Of a stretch of 64,000 bases of DNA, positions 54,156 to 64,000 are shown piece by piece (the stretch's first letter is position 1; each line of letters starts with the position of its first letter). Source of the DNA: the human T2T-CHM13v2.0 reference genome, Homo sapiens; NCBI RefSeq assembly GCF_009914755.1, contig NC_060940.1. One strand, written 5' to 3'. A program made the translations under genes and the position numbers. The notes beneath the pieces were generated by a model. The model searched no databases. It saw only the letters and a list, made by a program, of their open reading frames with translations, and had not been told where the DNA came from.

Positions 54156-55619
54156 ATTCTACCTCAGTTGTTATCTTTATGGTATTGCCAGCTTGGTATG
54201 AAGGACAATATATTCAAAGGAATTTAGCACTTAGATTTGTTATAACTCTAATAATAGAGTAATAAAACTAATATCTAATCTTCATTTTAGAGATAACTTG
54301 ATTCAGGGAGCTGAGCCATAACGTCTCTGCCATGTTTTTTTGATATATACATTATAGGAAAGACATGTCTTTAGCAGCTGAGCTTGCCTTATCACCCTAA
54401 TGGTGTATGACTCAGTAGAGCACAGGCAGGGTTTTCCTAGAGGGGTGAACGTGAGTGCCCCTCAGTTCTCTCCAGCATCATCTTAATCTTGTATTTCTCA
54501 ACACTCAGCTCCTGCAGCTGATGCATGTTTAAAAGATTTTCACTCACGCTGTTTTGTCAACGTGATAGATTTTATTCACCAGCTGGGATTTTCATGTGTT
54601 CTGTAGCTTCTTATGGCTTTTCATTGGGTTTGGGTCTCTCTCTGCTTTCCTCATATTAGTAATGATTCTGGAATAATGGAAAAGGGCTCAATTCGAGCTT
54701 CACGGCAATTTAAGTATCACTTTTTATAGTTTTCTCCCTCACATTTCTACAGCATCCTGTCTACTAATATTAACACCCCAGCTTGAGGCAGGCACAGACC
54801 AATTTGCTTTATGGATTCTTTGACCCCTAAAAGTCCTTGCTCTGTTTCTGAGCTCTTCCAACAGGAGCCTGGAATTAGCCCCACAAACCTATATCTGCTT
54901 GTCCCCTACAAAGGCAAGTGAGAACTAAGGCAACCTTTTTCTCCTCTCTCACAGCAAACTGCATAAATTTTAAATGTACACATATCCTTGCTTGCTTTTA
55001 GTAATTCAAATAGCAAATCTGTTCAGAGAACATGTGAAGTAGATGTGATTTTTTATTGACTGATAACATGAAACTCATGGAATGAACCTAATATGAACTT
55101 TCTGAAATCACTGTGGTTGACATACATGAAAAAAACTTGGATTCCTAGTGAGGTCTTCATGGAGTCAAAATTATGTTTTTAACATGTTTAGATATTAATT
55201 TTGTTGAGGGGATGGCCAGAAAATATTATTTATTTCTTACTGAATTTGGAAAAAGTATTTAAAAGAGCATTTTATATTGAATACCTTCCTCTATCTTCTC
55301 AGCACTAAATGAATGACTAATTAAATCTGTTATATGAAAACATCATAGCAGATGGTCCTTCCCATTAATAAGTATGTAATGAAACAATAAACATGCTGAA
55401 GAGAAAGACATGAGAAATTGCAGATGAGTTGTGCAGTGAGTAATTTATCTCAGGACGCAGGGGTCAACCAATGGGAAAGCTGCTTTGAGAGTGAACATTC
55501 CCCTCTTCTTTCTCCATCCTGCTGGTCACCTATTAATGCTGCAAATGATCTATTCAAATTACTGAGTCTTCAGTGTGAAGTGTCCCAGAAAAATACTCTA
55601 CAGTGCACAAAGATGAAGC

Positions 55620-57687
55620 TAAAAAGGACAAACTCATTTGTGAATACATAAACAAAAGTTATAATGTTCTAACAAATGGAATCCAGCAATGTATCACAAT
55701 AATAATGCAGTACGACCAGGAAGGGTTTGTTTTCAGGAATGAAAGAGTATTTCAATATTAGAGAATCTATCAACATAATTCATTACATTACCAAAATTAT
55801 TACATCTGTAGATGCTGAAAAGGCATTTAATACAGTCCCAAAGTCATTCCTAATAAGTAATAAGTAGAAGGAATCTATTTAGCTATAATAAAGGCAATTT
55901 TCCAGAAACCAACAGAAAATTTCATTCTTAACAAAACCCTAAGACCATTTCAATTAAAATCAGAAACAATTTGGGAAGGGCCATTAATACTAATTGTTAC
56001 TTTAATGTTATCTTGGAGCTTATAATAATACATACTTATTATTTATTAACAACAGTGTCATTAGTGACTGCAGGAAAGGCACTGGGAAAGAAACTACTAA
56101 GACAGGTGTGCTGGATTGTTCTAATGTTAACAGAGTTACAACGGGAACTGTGTTTTTCAGAAATCTTTTCTTTCATGGTTTTGTGCAAGAATTGACAAAA
56201 ATCAGAGGTCACATGAGACTTGGGAAGCAAAAACAGCCATTATCTTTGAAGATTTTCTGAGTCAGATACAATGAAGGATGGATGCAGAAGTGGCCAGTAA
56301 ATTCATTTGTCATTGTTTTCCCCACTCCATGTCCAGCTCTACTTCCTGACTGCTAGATCTGCTGACCAAAAGTAGCCCCAGGTCCTCCACCAGTTACCTG
56401 ACTGATGGCTCCACAAGTGGGAGCTATGCAGAGGTACCAGCTTTCCAGAAACTTTTCTGCCATGTCCTCTTCATGTTTTCTCTCTGGCACCTGAGTGTAT
56501 CTAGCTTTCCAGAATTCTAAGAACATATCTTCAAGAGGGCTTGTTAATGACTTTTCTCTAATCCTCCGACTCCCCATTTTGAATCCTTACTTCCGAACAT
56601 CTCTCACAATTATGTAAGGTCCTTTTTCTATAATTAAACCCTATTTCATGATATTAGTTGTTCTGCTTCCCTGACTAAAACCCTTAATAATACAATCAGT
56701 AAAATAGTTGGTTAACAGGGCTGGATATAAGATAAATGTTAAAAAAAAATGTGGTTTTTTTTGGTATTTTAGCAATAAGAAACTAGAAACAAAATGAAAA
56801 TAATAGAATTTTTTTCCACAACAGTGACAAAAACCATAAAATAAAACGAATAAAGTTACAAAGAAGGGCATAGGATTATATGAAGAAAAGTATAAAATCT
56901 TACTGAAGGACATAAAATATGACCTAAGCAATTGAAAAAGCATTTCATGTTCTTGGACAGGGAGATCAAAGATGATAAGATGTTAATTCTCCAAATTAAT
57001 GTAAAAGAAAGTGCATTTCCAATTAGGATCCTAACAGAATTTTTAAAAAATAAGTTTTTGTTATCTTAAAATTTATATGTAAGAATAAATGTCTTTTAAT
57101 ATGAAAAAGAACAATGTGTGTGTGTGAGGATTCTTAATTTACTGTTATGTATGAACATATTATACAGTTTTTTGTAATCAAATCAATATGGTATCAGCAT
57201 GAGATGAGATAAGATTATAGGATAGAAAATTCAGAAGTAGATTGTAATATATATGAGAATTCAGCATGTGAAAAAATTGGTGGCTCAGCTTTGTGGCGGA
57301 AGTAAAGTACAACTGACTTAAGCAACAGTGCTTGCATTCATACTTAATATACAGATCATGAGCATAAAGAAAAATTCAGAAGAATGCATAAGTTCGTTAA
57401 TGCAAATTGTCTAGAGGGTAAGTGTGGGACATGAGGCAGGAATTGGGGTAGAAAGGACAAAAAGAAAAATGATAAAATTGTAAAGCAAACTTAGAATGTA
57501 TGATGTATACCATGAAAGTGAATTTATATTTTAGTGTGATGTGTGAAAGCATATATAGAGAAATGGATGCGGGCAAGGAGAGAGATCTGTTGACGTCTAA
57601 GAATATGCACAATATATCAGTGAAGAAAACAAGTTGAAGAGTACATGTACAATTTGATTCTGTGTAGATGAAAACACACCAACACAC
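55620..57687 (+). mobile_element. Ancient L1M ORF2 fragments (interrupted by an LTR ~56050-56694)
   Basis: 'gatgctgaaaaggcattt', 'ctggatataagataaatg', 'catgttcttggacagggaga' RT-region remnants. Confidence 0.65.
56050..56694 (+). mobile_element. ERVL LTR (LTR40/41/52 group)
   Basis: 3' end 'gttctgcttccctgactaaaacccttaataataca'; 5' boundary uncertain. Confidence 0.45.
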
Positions 57688-58310
57688 TGTATTGGTCAGG
57701 GTTTGATCAGAGAAGTAGGAATTCAAGGAGTCATATAGAATAAGGAATTTATTATAGAGCCTTGACCTTATACAGTGGTGGAAAGTAGTTAAACAGCTTC
57801 TGTATAGCTGTTGCTTCAGCATTGGGTGTTGGGCCTAAAGTCTCCAGGGCAGGCAGCTGGGAAGCAAAGATGGACAGGAAATGACATGCCATTCCAAGGA
57901 CATATTAGAACCTATAAGGTCAAGTGGGAACCTAGGTAGCTCTTTTACTTCCTTCAAACCTCCAACTTTTATGATGTGGGTGTCCTGCAGGAGAATCTGA
58001 TGCCCTTGGTCATGGAGCAAAACCTGAATAGGAGTAGGAGAAGCTGGAAGAGGAAATCCTGTGGCAGCTGGAGAATCTGTGGGCCCAGCTGCTACCTGAT
58101 GCCAACCAGGTGAGCCAGCACATCTACAATGTGTGTAAGCTTCTACAGTACCTGAGCTTATTTCAACCTTCCCAATCTAGTCACGCCTGGTGCTTTATTT
58201 TACCTTTCAAATCTCAGGCAAATTTCTCTTGTGGCCAATCCTAGCCCAGAACCATTCAGGGAAGGGAATTCTGGGGAGAGAAATTCTGGGAAACATAGCC
58301 ATCACATACA
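57688..58310 (-). mobile_element. LTR41-like ERVL LTR
   Basis: 'tgtattggtcagggtttgatcagagaagtag...gaataaggaatttattatag...gaccttatacag'. Confidence 0.65.
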
Positions 58311-58639
58311 CACATACAAATAAATGGGACCCCTATGTAAGTGTATGCATACCTTTATGTTGGTATGGATAAAACGAAATGCACAGAAGGATACACCCCA
58401 ACTGTGAAGCCTGGTTTCATTAGGAGGAGATGGTAGTAGAGCGATATGACCAGGATTATGAATAAAAAGGTAGATGATCAGTCTTACCAGGATACAACTT
58501 TTTATTTTATTGTTTTCACTTGTTATAAGAAATTATTATGCTAGTAATTTAAAAGTATTGAATGAATTTAAAATATCAAAAACCAAAATGAATTCACACA
58601 GGCCTTCAATTCTGATTTTTTTATCATATAATAGTTGTT

Positions 58640-58830
58640 CTTGTGCTCACATCCCATCTCTGCCAGCTACTACTTGTGTGACTTTGAACAAGTTATTTAA
58701 TTTCTCTACTGGACATAGTAATAATAATGGTAATACCTGGCTTGTACAGTTGTTGTATAAATTAAATTAGATGCACAAAATGCCTAGAATTGTGCTTAGC
58801 AAACAGCAAGTGCTCAATAACATTAGTCAT
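58640..58830 (+). mobile_element. MIR
   Basis: 'tgtgtgactttgaacaagttatttaatttctct...aagtgctcaataa'. Confidence 0.75.
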
Positions 58831-59789
58831 CATTATCATTTTCGTTATTTCTATCGTTATTAATATATCTAAGTGGAAATCACTCTCCTCCTTCTCATAC
58901 CCTATCAACTCAATTCTTTCCTGTCAAATCAAGAAGAAAAGGAGGAGGAAAGAAGGGAATCTGATTTAAACAGAGATGCCCCAAAAGGTTGTCACTAGCC
59001 CATGGGTCAGTGAGTTGTAACCCTAGGTAGTCATTAAAAGGATGTCGATGACAAATAGATGCAAGGTCAAGCAATGTAATGATTACCCAGAAAAAGCCTG
59101 GGAGTGAGACGGTCAATTTAGCTATGTGAGTGTATTTGTGAAGCTGTGCATGTGTGTTCTCATGTGTTAGCACAAATAAGTTTGTGTATAAATTGCAAGT
59201 AAACAATACAACAACTGAGAATAAATGCACGTAAGGAAAGGTTTATAAATGCCTGCAAGCGTGAGGTCAGTGTACCATATATAATCTTACATTTTCTGAT
59301 CCACATATATGAGTTAAAAGAGGGGACTGCCACAATGCTCATTTACACACCCTGAGTCCTGCAATTTATTTCACTGTATTTGATGTTGGCAGGGAAGCAT
59401 TTATTTATTTAAAATTACTCAGAATACAGCACAAAGAGCTATTCTGTACGTATGAGCTATTCAGTAGGCATGAAATGTGCCTAAGCTGAAAAAAAAAATC
59501 CCCCTCCTGGACTTTTGACATATCGTGACCACAGTGAAGGCAACATGAGGCTTCTTTTGTTTCTAGATGCTGCAGGAGGAAATGAAACAATGGGGCAGGA
59601 ACATGGTTTTTAATCTTTTTTTCTATGGGGGCATACGTGGCTGACTAATGTTCCCTATCACAATGCTCTTCTAAACCCAATTCCCAGCATACTGGCCATT
59701 ACTTCATCTCATTCACTGCCACCCAAGAGAGCATTTCAGGATACAAATGAGTGAGACTGACATTGGAGGAGGATAACCTTGCAGACATT

Positions 59790-62700
59790 CTATTTTTTAA
59801 TTAAAAATGTAATACATGAATATATTCTCATTGTAAAAGACTGAAATAGGAAAATATATAGAATACACTCCTGTACCAGCTCCTCCACACCCAAACTCCT
59901 ACTCTCCACAGAGAAGTTAACAAATTATTAACAATTTGGTGTGCATCTTAAATTTGCACTTTCATTTATTTATATGTACGCATGTGTTTATATATCTAAA
60001 AACAAACGTGTGTATAAATATGCAAATGCATGCATAGTGTGTTTTTTCCATAAATAAAATTATAGTTTAGATATTTTCTGGTGACTTGTTTAATTTCCAC
60101 TTAACATTACAACATAAGATATCTTTCCATATAAGTACATACAGCCCATCTTATTTTTATAACATCTGCATAGTATTGTATCATATAAATGTACCATATT
60201 TAAATTTAACCTCTTCCAAATTGGTGGATATTTAGGCTGTTTCTTTTTTATTATCAAAATAACATTGCACAAAACATACTGGCTTATCTTTGTACATGTT
60301 GCCTTGTGTACAAATGTTTTAATTTTTATTTTAATTTTTTTAGAGACAAGGTCTTACTCTGTCACCCAGGCTAGAGCGCAGTGGTGCAATCATAGCTCAC
60401 TGTAATCTGGAACTCCTGGGCTCAAGCAATCCTACCACCTAGCCTCCTGAGAAGATAGGACTACAGGTATGCACCATCTTGTTCAGCTAATTTTAAAATT
60501 TTTTTGTAGAGATAGAGGTCTCACTCTGTTGCCCAGGCTGGTCTCAAACTCCTGGCCTCAAGCAATCCTCCCACCTAGGCCTCTGAAAATGCTGGGATTA
60601 CAGAGGGGAGCCACTGTGCCCAGACCAAATATATTTGTTAAGAAAAGATACCTAGTAGCCGCATTGCTGGATCACATTTTAGTTCTTTTAGTATTTAATT
60701 CAATGTGAAATGTCCTGAAAATTTGTACCAATTTATACTCTTAACCAGAGGCATGTTTTTTTATTCTTTCAAAACATGTTTTTTCAGCGGCTACTTACCT
60801 ACCTACTACCTATTTAACACGGCGGAGGAAAATAAAGCAGGTTTAGAGGTATTGGAAGTAATGGGGTGGGTTGCTTATTTAAATTAGGTGGTACAAGTAT
60901 TATGCTAAGATGGTAATCTCCAAAAAAAGCTTGGAGGAAGTATTGGAGTTAGCCACCCCACTATCTGAGGGAAGAGGATTCAAGGTAGAGAAAACAGCAA
61001 GTCAAAGTATATAAGGGTGGACAGAGAGCTAGTGTGTACTAGCAAGGTGGCTAATGTGGCAAGACAGGAGTAAGCAAGGGGGAAAATGGAACAGACAGGT
61101 AATGGGTGTATGAGAGTGTACTTGTTTCCTCAGGTTCTTGATAATACTGAGAATTATCTATCTAAAATACTGGCCAATCTACTGACAAATCTCACTCCTT
61201 TTTTTCAACTTCCTTTCTGTCTGATTACTAATGAGATGAAGAATATTTTCACATGAGTATTAACCGTTTTATTTCTTATTTAATATTATTCTGTATTTGT
61301 CTCTCTATACATTTTTTATCATTTTTGATTGAATTTTTCCCTACTGATTTTTAGGACCTCTTTACGTGTTGTGGTTATTAACCCTTTTTCAGTTACACAC
61401 ACTGCAAATATCTTCTCCCACTTTATGTTACCATTTGTGAAATCCAATGTATACATTTCTTCACTTATGACTTCTGAGTATTGTTTTTAGCTACTATAAA
61501 ATAGAGAAATATTCCTCTCTTCTCTTCCGATAGTTTTGTAAATTTTTTGTCTTTAGGTTTAGCTCTGTTATCAATTTGGAATTTATATTTGTGAACATTA
61601 TAGTTAGGGTCTAACCATATACATAATATTTGCATATATATCATTTTTTACTCATTTTGCTGATTTCAAATACATCGCTTACTATATTAAAATTTTATAT
61701 AAATGTTTCTGAATCATCTGTTCCATTTTTCTATTTTGCTATTCATACCATGCTGTTTCAATTATTAAAGTTTTATAAGGTATTTATATATCTGGTATGG
61801 ATCACCTTTCCTCATTATCTTTTAAAAAGTATTTCTGGATATCCTATTTCAGATGAATCTGGGAATTAGATTATCAGGTTCCATTTTACTGGGACTCTGT
61901 TTAAATGTATAGATTAAGTTGAGGAGAATTAATACCTGTGAAATATTGAGTGTTTCCATCTAGGGAATAGATAGAGTATCTTTCCATGTATTTAGATTTC
62001 CTTTTATAACTTTTGATAAATTTTTATAGTCTTGCATAATTCTTGTTAGGTTTATTCTTTGCCATTTAATGCTTTTTGTTGCTGTTTATGAATGGGCTGT
62101 ATTACATTTTATTTTCTACTGTCATTACCTTTAGTGGACAAATTCAGCAAAAGAATCCCTGCAGTAATTATAAGGGTAGTTTTACTCTGATTGTAGTCAC
62201 TTAATAATCTATTGCTAGTAATAGAGCATCTGAATTGATTCTTTCATCAGAACGATCTCTAGGATATGACAAATCAAAGTGACTACCTTTAGCCTTTGCT
62301 TTGGGACTTTTTTTTTTACTTGGAGAGGGGGCAATTAGGCCAACCCCTGAGGCTCACATATGTTCAATCATCCTGGAATCTGAGAAGAACAAGGAAACCT
62401 CTGATATTTTATTTTGACTTCCTTTTGTTTCGAGCCTTTATTTTATACAACTAAAGATTTTTAAATTATGCAACATTTATACACATAGAAAAACACATAA
62501 AATAATTTGATCTAATTAAATAGCTGGGCCTTTTAATATAATCCAGGTTTAACAGCTAGCTGTTAATTGTTTGCCACAGTTGATTCGGAACACTTTGCTA
62601 TTGTTTTTGTTAGCTTTAAGGAAATAAAACATTACAAATAAAGCTAAGATGCCCCTACCCCACCCCGTTCCCTTCCCATTCCCTCTGATATTGGTGTTTC

Positions 62701-63860
62701 ATTCTCATGAACATTTTCTATATTTTTTGTGTACGTTTAAGTCATATTTATGAATCTGTATGTTTTACATCTATACAGTTGGTATTACAATGCCTGTAGC
62801 CTTTTGTAACTTGATACTGTGGTCTGTTGAAATTCATCTTTGTTGACAAGGACACTCCCTTGAAATTATTCTTGATAACTTTGTTTATAGCTAACTTGTC
62901 AAACTTAGCCAGCCTCATCACATGGCTATACCTGGTGGCCAGGGAAACTGAGAAATGTAATTTTTATTCCACGTGGCCAGGAGCCTGGCTTTAAAAACAG
63001 GATTCATCATATAACTGAGGAAGAACAGGGAAACAGATAGTGGAGTACAGCTAGCCATCTCTGCCAAATACTTTCAATTATAATGTTTATTGTAGATTTC
63101 TAGCATAAACCTTTATTGGATAAAAGTGTTTGTTTTTTCCTTTTCTCAGTTTACTAAAGGATTTTAAAAACTGCATTCAGTTAGAAACAAGTGCTATCAA
63201 ACTGTTCCTTGGCATCTTTTAAGAAGACGGTCTGGTTTTCTACTTTAATCTGGCAATGTAATATATTAAAATAATAGATTTCCTAATGTTAAACTATCCT
63301 TGCATTCCAGAAATAAATTTTAATCATTCAAGATCTTAAATCTCATATCAGCTAGGAACACATTCTTTTCTTTCAAAACAGCACTTAATTTGCTAATATT
63401 TAGAATTTAAACATGTTCATAAATTGGCTTATTCTGTTATTATTTGTATGAATTATAAACAAGATTATGATAGCCATATACAGCCAATGGGGAAGGTTTC
63501 TATCTTTCTCTATTCTGGAAAATTTATATAACCTAGAAATTATCTCTTTAAGTTTTAAAATAGTTTGCCCATAATACCATCTAGTCTCAAGGCTTTTTAA
63601 GGATTACATCTTTGACTATTTAAAACATTTCTTCTATGTTAGTATTCTGCTTCTTGAGTCAATGTTTATATTTACATTTTCTAAAAAAATCAACCTTTTA
63701 CTTTAGATTTCCAAATTTGTTGGCATTAATTCATACTTAGCTTTTTTTTACACTTGGAAAAAACTCTGTGTTCATATTTATGTCTGCTGCCTTAAGTTGT
63801 TTATTAGTGACTCTGTTTTCCTTTGTCAGAATTGCCAGAATTTTCACCATTTAGGTTGGA
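59790..63860 (-). mobile_element. Patchwork of old L1ME fragments with AluJ, L2 (~60760-61100) and an MLT1-like piece (~62880-63070)
   Basis: T-rich antisense L1 motifs throughout; boundaries approximate. Confidence 0.55.
60325..60627 (-). mobile_element. AluJ
   Basis: Diverged Alu dimer. Confidence 0.88.
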
Positions 63861-63865
63861 CTTTT

Positions 63866-63990
63866 AAAGAACTAGCTAATTAGAACTAGCTAATAGTCAT
63901 TAGCTAGTTCTTTCAGGCTTTTTGTTGGCTATCAGTTCTTTCTATTAGCTATTCTAATGGCTATTAGCTAGTTCTTTCAGGTTTTTTGTT
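63866..63990. repeat. Local direct and inverted repeat cluster of AGAACTAGCTAAT
   Basis: Forward copies 63868-63880 and 63882-63894; reverse copies 63899-63911 and 63963-63975. Confidence 0.9.
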
Positions 63991-64000
63991 TACTTCACTA

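Noticed and set aside
63866-63990. CRISPR-like array or pre-miRNA
   Set aside because: Repeats are irregular, in mixed orientation and lack unique spacers; the stem is too short for a pre-miRNA; the context is eukaryotic.

Overview
Primate genomic DNA, almost certainly human, because it carries an AluYb8 with the diagnostic 7-bp insertion. It is AT-rich intronic or intergenic sequence dominated by nested transposable elements. These include a full-length decayed L1PA (about L1PA6) inserted antisense into an older L1PA15/16-like element, a 5'-truncated L1PA2-like copy whose ORF2 is one nonsense codon from intact, several shorter L1s, about 13 Alu/FLAM copies, a full THE1D MaLR provirus, solo LTRs, MER DNA transposons, and MIR, L2 and old L1M fragments. 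I recognise no host protein-coding gene, RNA gene or prokaryotic-type system, and nearly all ORF-track entries are repeat-derived or random. The best non-repeat signals are a 246-bp minus-strand candidate exon with canonical splice sites (45256-45501), a possible upstream partner exon or promoter near 51 kb, and a few motif-dense unique islands that may be enhancers. The clearest structural oddities are a recent 144-bp tandem duplication inside the dead L1, a templated inverted-repeat scar at 63.9 kb, young insertions lacking TSDs, and a 74-bp micro-L1. I find no support for a wholly new biological system. Subfamily names come from recalled consensus features, and boundaries of old repeats are approximate.
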